From positions 70,184,001 through 70,248,000 of the forward strand of contig NW_024704744.1 in NCBI RefSeq assembly GCF_018977255.1: DNA of 64,000 bases. Reading direction: 5' to 3'. This stretch comes from Callorhinchus milii. Lineage: Eukaryota. This document shows positions 49,631 to 62,391 of the stretch, piece after piece. How positions within the stretch are numbered: position 1 is the first letter of the stretch; each line of letters opens with the position of its first letter. The notes below the pieces were generated by a model. The model was not told where the DNA came from, searched no databases, and worked only from the letters and a program-made list of their open reading frames with translations. Both the position numbers and the translations under genes were made by a program.

Positions 49631-50559
49631 AATATTCGCAATGTGGATGTTGCGATCCCGGGCAGCCTTTTGCTTTCGAATCATTTCTCAGCCGAGAAAA
49701 AACCTGATAAGTGTGACAACAGGTTAGAATGAACAAAATCCAAATAGGCAACCTGGTCTTTGCCAGCCTTCAGGAATGGAATGTTTTTCCTGATTTTTTC
49801 TCCCCACCCACTTCCCCAATGCTAGTTCCTTATGGAATTCTGTAGCAAATCCCAGATTTTCACCTGCAATTCAGAAATCACCATTAGTACATAGACTTTT
49901 CATCAAAACAGAGGGAATATGAGGAGTTGTAAGCATGGCGTATGTGGTTCTACACTACAAACATCTAGCTTTAGCCCTAAGTGAGTGGCAATTGCTTGAA
50001 AGTATGACTAAAACAATAAAAATGTAAGCTGGGAGTCAAGTAGGGAAGAAATATAGCTCAGCCAGATGTTTCTCATCTCTGCCAGAACTGAAGGGGCCAG
50101 TCACATTCTTTCTGTTACTTGAGGAAAATGTAGTTTGAGCTTTGCTGTCATGGTTCTCTGGACAGGCTTCTCAGACCAACAATACCTTTGTCTAGAAAGC
50201 AGTAATGCATTTCAAAACGAGTCTTGCCATGCTCAAAATGGAGCAAATCTGAATTTCAGCGCTCGAAGATACTGTCCCACGTGAAGGGGGCTATATAAAC
50301 GAAAGTTATTGTTGTTGAATATAAAAACTGTGTGCTAAATATCAACCAACATAAACAGGAGAAAATAGCTGGAAGTTTGCATTTGTGGATATTAATTCTA
50401 CCTCGTCTCTCCAATGATGTACCCTAGCCTCTTCCTTTTCAAAGAGCAATACTGTGTAGCATCGCAATAATCTGATGAGTCCCAATAATCTGGGATGAGA
50501 ATTTTTCTGCGAATTCCATAACCATAAAATGTGAGGTATAACATAAATCCTTCGCAGTT

Positions 50560-50670
50560 AAGGACTTGGAGAAAAATGATTTCAAAGTTAAGATTGAATT
50601 TGCCAAATTCTGGATGCTGTGAAATGCTAGGAAAATAGCGTAAATCTTGTCCCGGGTGGAATTTCTCCCT
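50560..50670. mobile_element. MITE-like half element
   Basis: TTTGCCAAATTCTGGATGCTGTGAAATGC...AAAATAGCGTAAAT...GAATTTCTCCC matches 17972-18044. Confidence 0.6.
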
Positions 50671-51214
50671 CAAAGATGGTAATAGTTATAACAGACTGGT
50701 TATGAAATACCAAAAAATTCACCCGTAGAAGGTATTACGAAAAAAAACATTTTATTTGCATCTCTTGACATCAGCCCATGGTTAACATAGAATCCTAATG
50801 GAGCCATAAATGTAACACAGCATTTGATACAGTGTATTGGGATCCAAGTATAAATCCATTCATAACAAAAACTAATGATCATTCCGTCTGCTGACCAGGT
50901 ACAAATATGCCTGATCGTGTTACATCAGGAGCAAACAGCCACTCAACACCAAAACAAAGAGGCTTTTCCTGGCACATATAGGGAGTGTGAGAATGGGACA
51001 GATAAACCCTCTCCTTCCTGATTATTGGATCAGGAATGATTCAAGGTGGCATCACTCTTTGAGAACCATAGAAATTTACAGTACATTCAGCCGATTGTGT
51101 CTGGAGGAAGGAAAAGTATATATAGCAATTAGGGAAGGTGAGGATGAGGTGAATGTATTCACTATGGCAAAGAGTTCAGTACCAAGGCCCACATGTAAAA
51201 AAATGTGGTAGTTC

Positions 51215-51447
51215 GCGCGAAGGGCAGACAGAACTTTTTTTCACTAAAATTTGAAGACTAGCTCACCAGGAAAGGTAATGGAAACAGACCATATCAGCTG
51301 GTTCAACAGGAAACTACAATAGTTATATTTCTGAAGAGGAAAGGGGATGGTGGGATAGGATTAGTAGGCAGGTGGGACTGAGGTCAACCAAAAAGGTTCG
51401 GTATGACTAATGGCATCTTCCTGTTCCTAAAAATTCCTATGTTCTCT
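51215..51447 (+). mobile_element. CR1 LINE 3' end, degraded
   Basis: AATGGCATCTTCCTGTTCCTA...TTCCTATGTTCT tail. Confidence 0.5.
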
Positions 51448-52039
51448 TTTCCCTAAATGGACAGAGGGAGCCGTGCTAATTTCAGAAGTCTAAGTTTGTC
51501 GTATCGCATAGAGGGATGGAATTAGATGAATTAGTCCAGGTCCCAATGAGGGCTGGGTCCCCATAGAAATCACCTCCCACCTGAAAGGGAGAATTATAAA
51601 CACATCGAGGAAATGGTGCGTGGAAACTGGTATATCCTCCAATATGATCTAATTAATTTCAGAGCAAGAGAGAGCCATGCACGTGGAATGGCCAAAATTG
51701 GAGCTTTGTTCTGAACAAATCTGCCCAAAATAGCAAATTGTTATCAGTATGCAAGGAAGTCCTCTGTGCCGTAACCCAGTCTGCCCTTCCTAGATACCAA
51801 CACCCTAACGCTCGGTTGCCAATACAATGATGGGATACATTTGCACTTTGAATTCTTTTGAATAAATGTGGGAGAACTCAGCTGCTTTCTTTACTTTTCT
51901 GGAGGAGGGGAAGGTTAGGGTGCGGTTGGCTTTGTTCGTATTTGTTTTCTTCAAGATAAGGGATGGAGTTCCTGGATAATGGATTATATTCCATGCTGCT
52001 CCTGAATACTAAATTAGATCATATATAGCAACCCCTCAA

Positions 52040-52420
52040 AGCAATCATACAAGATCACAAGAGAGGTTCGGATGAATTAAGCGCTTTAGCCAAATTAATC
52101 TCATCCTGACAGAACATTGCCCCCATCATAGTATCAAACTGCTTTTTAAAATGAATCCAATGCCGCAACCTTCTTAGTAATCTTCTCTAGTTGTTAATTA
52201 ACCTCTGGGCAAAGAAACACCTTTTGGTGTCTGTTGGAATTTGCTTTTTGTAAATCTAAATCAGGATCTGCTAGTTCAGTTGCCTTGGTGCATCAGAAAA
52301 TATTGTTCAGGGTTTACCTTTTCCAGTCCTACTTAAAATCTTGAATACCTCTATAAGGTCCTAACTAAGATATCTCCTTTCAAATCTGAGCTTGGATAAT
52401 CGTTCTATATAGGGGTCCAC
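52040..52420 (-). mobile_element. CR1 LINE fragment, degraded
   Basis: AAAATCTTGAATACCTCTATAAGGTC...CTCCTTTC is the reverse of the ERR...DLIEVFKI region. Confidence 0.55.
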
Positions 52421-52914
52421 TGCACTAAATGGAGTTGAAAACATGCCATTTGCAAACTGGAAATTGTTGTTCTGATAGAAATGTCCAGTTTGGGACTGAA
52501 ATACCAAATTCAATATTACATTTCCTAAAAAATAAATTTTGATTAAAATCGTGATCCCATGGCTATTTTGCTTTCCAGGCTCAGTCAGATTCTTTTTGGG
52601 ACTTTTCCATTGGAAAAATAGCCTGAAAGCACAGTGCTGATCACAATTCCCTTTTGGTATCAAATTAGATAGTAATTTCAGGTACAAACTGAAAGTCATC
52701 ATTAACGCAGTGAATTTCCTGGTGTAAATGCTATATTTTTAGCTGCAATTCTAGTGAACACTTCCTTCTACTTCAATGCAAGCATTCCATTTCATCAACT
52801 GCATTCACATTCTCTGTAATAGAATTTCTGAATTAGGATCAATTGTACTCAGTTCATCAACAATGTTGAGTCCATGCGAACATGTGAATACGTAGCACTC
52901 AATTCTTCAAGTAG

Positions 52915-53220
52915 TGATGGGGGAACACTGCATTGTCGGAAATGCCATTCTTCGGATGAGACATTAAACCAAGTTCCCATCTGCCTGTTCAGGTGGATGC
53001 TATTCGAGAAGAAAGAGAAGGTTCTTCTGATATCCTGGGCCAATCGTTGAAATAAAATTGGTTGTTTACTTATAGCATTTTATGACACATTGCTGTGCGA
53101 AGATTGGCTGCTACCTTTGCCTATGCATACATAGTCATTCCACTTTACAGAAACATTAGGTAATAAGCACTTTGAGATATTTTCAATGTTACAATACCAA
53201 ATGGAAGCTTATTGTTATTT
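52915..53220 (+). mobile_element. Deu-domain SINE, 5'-truncated
   Basis: CTGCATTGTCGGAAATGCC...CTTCGGATGAGACATTAAACC...CTGCCTGTTCAGGTGGATG...ATTCGAGAAGAA. Confidence 0.75.
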
Positions 53221-53559
53221 TAACAAGTGCAATTCTAATCTCAGCTGTCCTGTCATTCCTTTTTTTAAGCGCTACAAGAAGCTACTCATGTGAAGGGAGC
53301 TATACAAATGCAAGTTGCTGTTTTTGCATTGCTGCCTCTTCTATGTGTCATTCCTGTCAGCATCTATGAGCAGTTTGCTATCCGTCCAGACAGAATGTCA
53401 CACTCTTATGGTTCCTGGGTGCAGTTTCCTCCATAATGTTGCTTTCAAGTTCAAGCAGTAATATCTATAATCTAGCAGAGTAGACATCGCTCAGGTATTG
53501 GGGTCCTCGGTGATATTGCAATTCTTAAAGGAAAAGATGACCTAACAGTTTGTGGGAGC

Positions 53560-53975
53560 AACAACAACAACAACAACTTGCATTTCTATAGCGCCCTACA
53601 TGCCGGGTAGCGCCCCGGAGCGCTTGACAGTGGACGACTCTGATCCCGAGCAGGGGGGAGAGGGAGGGGGGCATGAAAGGATTTGAAAATGATTGAGAAG
53701 ATCTTGAAATCAATCTGTTCAATAATTGAGAGCCAGTGGAGCCTGGCAAGGACTGGTGTGATTGCGATATGGAGTTTTGTGCGGGTGAGAATCCAGGCGG
53801 CGGGGTTTGGGATTAAATTAATTGTGTGTATGGTGGACCTGAGGAGACCAGCAAGGAGGGCATTGAAACAGTCCAGCCGGGAAGTGTGGATGAGGGCTGC
53901 TTTTCGGCTGCTTTTGTGTGAGGTATGGACGGAGGTGGGCAATGTGACGGAGGTGGAACTGGGAGTCCTGCAACA
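53560..53975 (-). mobile_element. L2 LINE fragment plus tail
   Basis: TSRLDCFNALLAGL...AAWILTRTK...ITPVLARLHWL...IDFKI; (CAA)n end on +. Confidence 0.85.
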
Positions 53976-54614
53976 ATTGAGTATGGAATGTTGTAATTGG
54001 AGGAATAAGATACAGCAAAGACATTTCCATCAATTAAATGGTGAGAGGTTAAAAATTATAGAAACAATGACTTCACTTCTGAAGTTCAAGGGATATCAGA
54101 CAAAAGACTTTTGTTCCATCTGTCTGGACTGGATTCAAACTCACTCCCCAGAAGTGAATGGACAGAGTCTTGACGCCCGTTTCCTTATTAGAAATTTCTT
54201 TGCAAACCAGCAATGTTTCCATTTGATTGTAAATTTGTGCCAGATGTTCAATGCCTTAAGGACACAGAAAATGGAAAAAGTGCATTTCTTTCTTGTGCTG
54301 ATCCCACACAGATAAGCTGTTAAAATACGCAACAGGCATCCTCATTGATAATGCCTCCTAAATGGGATGGATATTTCACCTAATATTTTTTGTGATCTGA
54401 GAAATAAAGATTAAGGTTCTAGTGTTGGATTTTATTTCAAAACTATCTGAAGCTAAGCTTCAGTGATGCTCTTGTAAGATAAATGAAGGTGATCAAGCAA
54501 TGTTAATTTAATATCACCAACAGGATGCAATACTAACTAATGTTTTAAAGTAGAATTATCTATGGCAAGCTTTTGATTTTTTAAAAATTACCTAAAGAAC
54601 TCTATTAAGTACAA

Positions 54615-55342
54615 GACCTGGGCAGTTTGTTCGACCCTCAACTGTCCTTTCTCCCCCATATCCGTGCCACGACACGCTCTGCCTTCCCCCACCTCTGCAA
54701 CATTGCCCAACTCCACCACTGCCTCACCCCTCAGGCCACCAAAATCCTCATGCACGCATTTGTCACCTCGAGGCTCGACTACGGAAACTTCCTCCTTGTC
54801 GGCCTCCCTAACTCTTCCCTCCACAAGCTACAGGTCATCCAGAACACTGCAGCTTGTGTCCTCTCCTGCACTAAGCTCCGTATCCCCATCACCCCCACCC
54901 TCGCCCGGCTCCACTGGCTCCCCATCCCTCAGAGGATAGAATTCAAAAACCCTCGCCCTCACTTTCAAGGCCCTCCATGGCATTGCCCACTCCTAGATCT
55001 CTGACCTGCTAACCCCCTATCAACATGTCTGCTCCTTCTGTTAAGCAGGCTCCGACCTGCTCCATGTCTCCCACCCGACCCACCCTACCATTGGTGGCCG
55101 GGCTTTCAGCCTCTCTGACCCCACCCTTTAGAACTCCATGCCGCAGTCTCTTTGCCTTGCTCCCTCCCTTGCCTCCTTCAAGGCACGACTCAAGACCCTC
55201 CTTTTCGACCAGGCCTTCAGCTGGCCTCTTACCTTTCTGCTCTCCGTCAGCCCACCCCTGCCTGATCCCCGACTGTTCAGCACGTTGGGACGTCCTCCTT
55301 ACGTGAAAGGTGCTTTACAAGTGTAATTTTGTTGTTGTTGTT
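54615..55342 (+). mobile_element. L2 LINE 3' portion
   Basis: FDPQLSFLPHI...HAFVTSRLDYGNFLLVGLP...LQVIQNTAA...LHWLPIPQRIEFK...SFKARLKTLLF, tail plus (TTG)n. Confidence 0.92.
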
Positions 55343-55578
55343 ATATACTGGGGACTGTGTGTGCCATAACAGTCAGGAAAACTGTCTTTTCACCCCTGGG
55401 GACTTCTGTTGAAAAAGAGTTTGAGCAGTATCGCCTCAGTTATGAGTGGCTAGAATCCATCAGTACAAAATGTTTACATATCAGCATTAAGATGGCCACA
55501 GGAATAGATAGTACATGAAATTGAAAAGTCTCTCATGCACACAGACACACACAGACACAAAACACACACACATACATG

Positions 55579-55792
55579 AAGTGGATTGGTCACTTTGAGA
55601 TTATGAGTTTCAGTGAGCAGGTGGTCATCATAAAATTGTAAAATTTAGCGAGTGGTTGCTGACTATGGATTTAGTTAGTGTGTTAGTCACTGATAATAAG
55701 ATTTATTGAGTGGGTTGGTCACTATGAGATTATAAAATTTGAGCGAGTTGGTCTCAAGGAGATTAGAAAATTTAGTGAGTGGATTGGTAGGT
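55579..55792. repeat. Degenerate ~33-36 bp minisatellite
   Basis: Recurring GAGTGG.TTGGTCACT.TGAGATTAT.A.ATTT(AGT) units, about six copies. Confidence 0.65.
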
Positions 55793-55861
55793 GGAGTTGT
55801 AAATCTTCTCAGATGGAATGATCATTTAGAGCTGAAAGTTTTTTTTACATTACTCTCCTAA

Positions 55862-56700
55862 TTGGCTCTCCTGATTGGTTCCCGTCAGCTCCTCCTCATC
55901 TCAGGCCTTGACAGTATCACCATCCATGGTTGCACACTCCACTTTGCTAAGCCAGTCCGGAGCCTTGGGGTCTTGTTTGATCCTCAACTATCCTTTCTAC
56001 CCCACATCTGCGTCAAGGCCCACTCTGTCTTCCCCCACCTCCGTAACGTCGCCAGCTCCGACACTGTCTCGCACCGCAGGCCGCCGAAACCCTCATACAC
56101 GCCTTCAGTACATCGAGGCTCAACTATGCAAACTCACTGCTTGTCGGTCTCCCCAACTCCTCCCTCCACAGACTGCAGATCATCCAGAACCGTGCAGCCC
56201 GTGTCCTCTCCCGCACTAGGCTCTGCGACCCTATCATCCCCATCCTTGCCCAACTCCACAGGCTTCCCATAACCCAGAGGATACAGTTCAAGATTCTGGT
56301 ACTCACCTTCAAAGCCCTCCATGGTCTTGCTCCCCCCACCTCTACGACCTCCTAACCACCTACCATCCTGTTCGTTCCCTCCGCTCAGCGGGCTCCAGCC
56401 TGCTTCACGTCCCCCACATTGCTCGCCCCACTATTGGCAGGCCGGCCTTCCGTCACTCTGCACCCACCCTCTGGAACTCCATCCCACAGTCCCTCTATCT
56501 CGCCCCCTCCCTCGCTACTTTCAAGACCCACCTCAAGACCCTCCTCTTCGACCGTGCTAATGATCTCCCTGCTTCCCCCCTGCCCTCCCCCCTCCCCCAC
56601 CCCGACCCTCAGCTCGGGTCCATAACTCTGTCTGTCCAGCGCCTTGGGACATCCTCCCAACGTGAAAGGTGCTATACAAATGTAATGTTGCTGTTGTTGT
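55862..56700 (+). mobile_element. L2 LINE 3' portion
   Basis: LLIGSRQ...VRSLGVLFDPQLSFLPHI, frameshifted continuation through to the tail AGCGCCTTGGGACATCC...GTGAAAGGTGCT plus (TTG)n. Confidence 0.92.
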
Positions 56701-58584
56701 ATAGTGCAGAGGCATCTGCAAAACAAGCAATATCGTTTATTTTCCAGGAATGGTATCCTTCATCTTGATAAGCAAACATTTAACCTTCCAAGTAGTGGAT
56801 TACATAGAAATACATGGACTTCACAACAACAAAACAGGCCATTCAGCCCAACTAATCCATGCTGGCGTTCCTACTTCACATGAGCCTCTGTCCCCCTAAT
56901 TCCCTCGAACTATCCCCCTCCCAAATCTCTCTAATCCCTTTTCCCTCTTAGAAGATAGAACCATAGACATTTACAGCACAGAAGAAGACCATTCAGCCTT
57001 GTGTCCTATCGTGTCTGCACTGGCAATATCTGTGATATTGAGAATGGGTTTATAAGGCTGTATTCTTCTTGATGAATGCCGATCTGATTGTAAAGGGCAA
57101 AGCTCAAATGGGTTGTAACAGTCAATCTCTGATGCAGAGATCAGATTGCAGACTTGATGTCTTATTATTTTAGTTCTGTTATCCATCTGTTTTTGCACAG
57201 GTAAGTGCTTATAAGCTGAAGAGACATCTGTAAAACAAAAATTAGCAGTTTATGATTTCACGATGGAATGTTTATCAAGAAAGGATCAACTGCTGTCCCG
57301 TGATAACCCAATGTGTAAAGGAACCACTTAGTATAGGGTTAGTTAATCCCATAACACATCTTGGCTTCATCTGATCTCTACAAACTGTACAGAGAAACGA
57401 GCAGTGGGCCGAGAATTGTGTGTTTGTGTGTGGGGGTGGTTGTGGCTGTTCAAGCCAGCTCCTAAAATTTGGCATCTTGGGTTGCTCGGAACAGAGCCCC
57501 AGGAAACTCCCACAAATATCAACAGGACTTGCCAACATTAAAAAAATGGAAAAAACACAATTGCTAGATTAAATTAACAATAGAAATATTGGAAATCCCC
57601 AAATATAAAAGTATTGAGTCACAGATCAGGCATTAAAATGTCAAGGCGGGCTCAATGGGCTGAATCACTTACTGTGGTTCCTGTGTACTAATAGACCTTC
57701 CATTTGATTTGATATGCAAGGATTATTATTTTTAACATAAAGTAGGATCTTAAGAACATAGGAACAAGAGCAGGCCATTTGTCCTTTCATACCTGCTCTA
57801 CCATTTTCTTATATCACGGCTAATCTATAACTCAACACTGCAAATACTATCAATACCATCAGTGGATTTTAAAGAAAATCTTCAAAACATATGAAGTCCT
57901 GCAATGAAGTAAAAAAGAAAAATGTTGAATGTCGGAAACCTGAAATGAAAATTCAAACTCATCGAGAAGGGAAGAAGAGAAGAGGACAACGTTTCTCGGG
58001 TCTCCTGGCCAACAATCATCCAAATGAATTGATCATTCACTTCATGGCTTTTTGGGACACTACTATGGACAAATTGGCTGGCACATCTGCCTAAAATTAG
58101 ACAGCCACTACATTTAACAGCGATTACTTGTAACAATGGTTTAAGACATTTCAACGTTATAAGGGCTGTATACAATACAGAGGGTATTATTAGTATTATT
58201 GAAACAGATGCCAAAAATTCAAAGCTTGTCCGTAGATAAAATGGGGTGGCATCTCAGTTATGGCTTTCCAGAAATTCTATTTACATTGCGTGTTTTTCAA
58301 AATAGAAAGTTTTTTCAAAATAGATAGAAAACTGAAGCATATTTATAGGCAAAGGCAACAGTCAAAAAGCAATGTCCCAAAAAGAGCAATGAAATATATG
58401 ACCAATTTTATTGGGAGGATTGTTGGCCAGGACACCTAGAGGAACTCCCAATAAGTGGTCCCAGTTTAACAGAATTTGAAAGCCACATTTATTTAATATA
58501 GCATTATTGCTCTATGTTTTTCTCTATGTTTTATTAATCATTAAATGATAAAAGTATATAAAGGGAGTTTGTCATGAACATACA

Positions 58585-59445
58585 ATACAAAATTGCATTT
58601 GTAAAGCGCCTTTCACGTCGGGAGGATGTCCCAAGAAGCTGAACAGTCAGGGATTAGGACCCGAGCGAGGGGGCATTGGGATCAGGGAGGGTCTTGAAGA
58701 TAAGGACAAGAATTTTGAACTCGATCCTCTGAGGAAATGGGGAGCCAGTGGAGCCGGGGGAGGGTGGGTGTGAAGGGGTCACAGAGCCTGGTGCAGGAGC
58801 GGATACGAGCTGCAGAGTTCTGGATGATCTGTAGCTTGTGGAGGGAAGAGGTGGAAAGGCTGACAAGCAGGTATTGGCATAGTCGAGCCTGGTTGCAATG
58901 AAAGCGTGTATGAGGGTTTTGGGGGCCTGAGGGGTGAGGAAATGGCAGAGTCAGGCAATGTTGCGGAGGTGCGGAAAGGCAGAACGGGTCATGGCACAGA
59001 TGCGGGGGAGAAAGTTGAGGGTCGAACAAGAAGCCTAGGTTCCTGACTGGCTTGGTGAGATGGAGTGTGCATCCGTGGATGCTGATGCTGCCAATGCCTG
59101 AGGTACAGAGGCACTGGCGCGAGCCAATCAGGAAAACCTCAATCTTGCTGACATTCAACTGTTGAAAGTTGGCTCCCATACAGGACTTGATATCTGTCAG
59201 GACAGCAGTGGTCCTGGGGTCGAGGGTGGAAACAGAGAGATAGAGTTGGATGTCATCCGCATACATGTGAAAGTTGAGCCCACGTCTACGGATGATGTCA
59301 CCAAGAGGGAGTATATAGATATTGAAGAGGAGAGGAGCGAGGACAGAGCCCTGAGGAACACCATACGAGACAGTGCGGGGGCTGGAAAAGAAGCCATTTG
59401 TGGAGACAAAGTGGAGCCGGTGTTAGAAAAAAGATCTGAACCGTT
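58585..59445 (-). mobile_element. L2 LINE RT fragment plus tail (internal deletion)
   Basis: MYADDIQLYLS...NFQQLNVSKIEVFLIGS...VRNLGFLFDPQLS...LQIIQNSAARI...LHWLP. Confidence 0.92.
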
Positions 59446-60348
59446 CAAGGACAGAACATGCGGTTAATACATTTTTTAAAAAAAAGTAACGATGGACCTA
59501 ATACCTGTAACTGTGACCAATGAGGAGAACAGCTCTCAGCCTTTGCATTTGTTCAGTCACTTACAGATTATTAAAATGATCACCTCTGTATTTCTTCTTC
59601 CTGACACACCAATCTGGGTGAACACAACAATCTCCTGTAGGACAAACTCTTCACACAGAGGGTGATGAGAACTGTCAGATGCTGTGGTTGAAGCAGAAAA
59701 TTGCCGTTGTTATTGTTGAAAATATCTATGTATTTACAACAACAACTTGCACTCACATAGCGACCTCCACGCAGGGTAGCGTCTCAGAGCGCTTAACAGT
59801 GGCAGAGCCTGACTCTGAGCCAAGTGGTGGAGATGGCTGTAAGCATGGTCGAAGAGGAAGGTTTTCAGGGGAAACTCAATGCACATATGGGAAAGAGGGG
59901 AGAATTAGAGTGGGCGGAGGCTCGTGTGGAGTATAAACATAAGCATGGATTGAATGGCCGGTTTCAACGCTGTAGATTCATACAAACTTCAGTTTAATAC
60001 AGGTTCAGTGTCTCCAAAACCTTTTTGTTCTGGAGGTTATATGTCAGGAGTTTACCACAGCACTTAACCCCACATGGGAAATCTTTGCTGCATAAACATT
60101 TTCCAAGATAAGCTGTGTCAAGTCTCTACCTGAGGTGTGGGTTTTTCTTACTCTTGGAAACTTATCATTAGTCGAGAATGAGATGTTTGAAAGTGCTCAA
60201 ACTGAATTGGGTTTATTGGTACTTGTAGCTTAAATGGCCTCAGTAATTTTCAAGGGTAAAGGTGACAACAGCAGCAAGTCTTCCTTTAAAAGCTGCAGCC
60301 AATGTGAACAATCATTTAAATGCATGCAGGTGGTGTATAATCCGTATA

Positions 60349-60715
60349 TAATAATAATCCTTGCATTTGATATAGCGCTTTTCAGATCTTCCAGACATCT
60401 CAAAGCGCTGCACAGAATATACTGGAAAGTAAATTGACTGTATATTTGTGGACGAAACGCAGCAGCCAATTGCGCACAGCAAAGTCCCACAAACAGTCGT
60501 GGATTGAGTGACCAAATTATTATTGTTTTTCTTAAGGATTATTATCCCTGGAAAAGCGATCCGCCAATCGACTAACAACCGGGTTCCTACTTACTGCTAG
60601 GTAAACAGAGACGTATGGAGTAAGGCAACTTGCCCAACATTTCGCCCTGCCGGGAATCAAACCTAGGTCTCTCGCTTGCAAGGTGAGTGCTGTAACCACT
60701 GAGCTACACGACTCC
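60349..60715 (-). mobile_element. Full-length tRNA(Ala-like)-derived SINE
   Basis: Reverse strand: GGAGTCGTGTAGCTCAGTGGTT (A box), GGTTTGATTCCC (B box), core CTCTGTTTACCTAGCAGTAAGTAGG, hairpin tail and (TTA)n. Confidence 0.9.
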
Positions 60716-61400
60716 ACCACCTTAATTCAGTGTGTGAAGGGAATGCTGTTCTGATGTATATTTTCTCAGGATGCAATGCAGTGTTTCTGGGGCTTAGTGG
60801 GCCAGTCTCCAAATTGTAAAAATTTGTGAGGACTATCTTCACTTTTGGCTCAAAAGCTGTGAGTAAAAACCTCATTCAAGTGCAGCTAAAGAATCGACAG
60901 CATAAAGAATTGTATTTGTTTTTCATATTGAAAATGGTTGAATGATTTTGAACAGCCTTACTTCCCAAAAGACTACTGAAGCTGACAGCATTGTGAAGTG
61001 GCAATCCAGTATTGGTGTGAAGTTTATCTTGGTTTAAGTACCCGCACCTCCCACTGAAATCCTGACTGTCAACGCTGCAATCTCAGTGTATAGTCGATGT
61101 GACTAGGACTGAAGGCTTGTTTGTTTTGGATTGTCTTTACTTCAAAAGGGTGGGGGGCAAGAGAGTCTGTAATGGCATTTAAAAGATTGGCAAACAAGCT
61201 TGTGTTCAGTGCCAACACACAATATTTAATTTAAGGGCAGCTGTGCATATTATACCCACCAAATGCAGTGAGCTCTCAACTTTAACCAAGTAATAAAACA
61301 ATCTATTAAGAAAATTCTAAAAGGGTCAGTCAAGCATTGAGACAATTACACACCTCAGTACCTGGTGGTTTCATCCGATCAGTTCTAGTTACAGGAATCT

Positions 61401-61590
61401 GAGGCCTGAAATTCTACTTGACCTTAGCCTATAAGGTTGTTTTTGTTTTGCAATTTATATTCACGCAGAATTAGAATTCTTCAATGTTATCTGAATCTGG
61501 AAGCTGGTTTTCCGCACTTCATATAAAGAACTGGCTTCCAAATTCTGTGTAATTTTAAGACTGAACTGTCTTATGGGCCTTGAATTTTCT
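61401..61590. mobile_element. MITE-like element
   Basis: GAGGCCTGAAATTC start; internal inverted TGGAAGCTGGTT / AACTGGCTTCCA. Confidence 0.55.
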
Positions 61591-61629
61591 TCTTGTTTAG
61601 TCAAGGTACGGCTCAAAACGCACCTCTCT

Positions 61630-61960
61630 TCCAGAACTGTGGAGAGAGTTCAAAATCATCTTCCCCACCTTCAAGGCCCTCCACAACTGTGCTCTTTCCT
61701 ACCTCTGTGACTTGCTAACCCTTTATCAACCTGTCCTCTTCCTCGGGTCAGCAAGCTCCAGCCTGATACACGTCCCCCGCCCGGCCCACCCCACCATTGG
61801 CGGTCAGGCCTTCAGCCTCTTCGTCCCCACCCTATGGAACTCCGTCCCATAGTCCCTTCGTCGATCCCTCCCTTGCCTCCTTCAAAGCACGTCTCAAGAC
61901 CCTATTGATAATAATAAGATCCTCTTCGACCGTACATTCGGCCACCCTCCTACCCACCCC
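61630..61960 (+). mobile_element. L2 LINE 3' fragment
   Basis: GAGTTCAAAATC...TTCAAGGCCCTCCAC...ATTGGCGGTCAGGCCTTCAGC...SLASFKARLKTLL. Confidence 0.8.
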
Positions 61961-62330
61961 CACAAAACCACCACTGGTACAGCCAAAATGGTCAACAGGG
62001 AGAGCCCAATTGTATGTACGTCTTGCAGTTCAAATTTACAAAGGCCTGTCCACAATCCCCATTTAAAACCTACAGCATGTATTTCACGTACTGGCCTGCC
62101 CTGTTATAATGTGCTTCAGTATAGTGCAGAGTACCCTAGCTCAGCTGGCCAGAGTTCAGTGAGCAGCAACTTGGTAGAGTTCCACTTGTTCATGGCTTTC
62201 ATGCACTAATCTTTTGCTTATGACCTTCCATGAGATCCTCCCATCCATGTGATTATCCCTCCTCTTGGCTGCTGGTGGACAATGTGCGCTCTCAAAAGGT
62301 GGTTGATTTTCAGTCTCAAAGCATGAACTT

Positions 62331-62391
62331 ATAGTGTTGGATTAATTTACACCGAACATAGTGTTAATTAATTTACACTGAACATAGTGTT
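62331..62391. repeat. 26-27 bp tandem duplication (2.3 copies)
   Basis: ATAGTGTT..ATTAATTTACAC.GAAC units at 62331, 62358 and 62384 (partial). Confidence 0.75.

Noticed and set aside
53683-54315. 210-aa + strand ORF
   Set aside because: The first half is antisense to an L2 fragment; the rest has no recognisable domain.
59565-59634. Possible minus-strand exon (CTACAG|...|GTAAGT)
   Set aside because: The acceptor side overlaps a CR1-like remnant, and there are no compatible neighbouring exons or homology.
60640-60715. tRNA-Ala gene (also at 1-60 and 42385-42460)
   Set aside because: tRNA-like heads run directly into SINE bodies and lack a proper acceptor stem and terminator.
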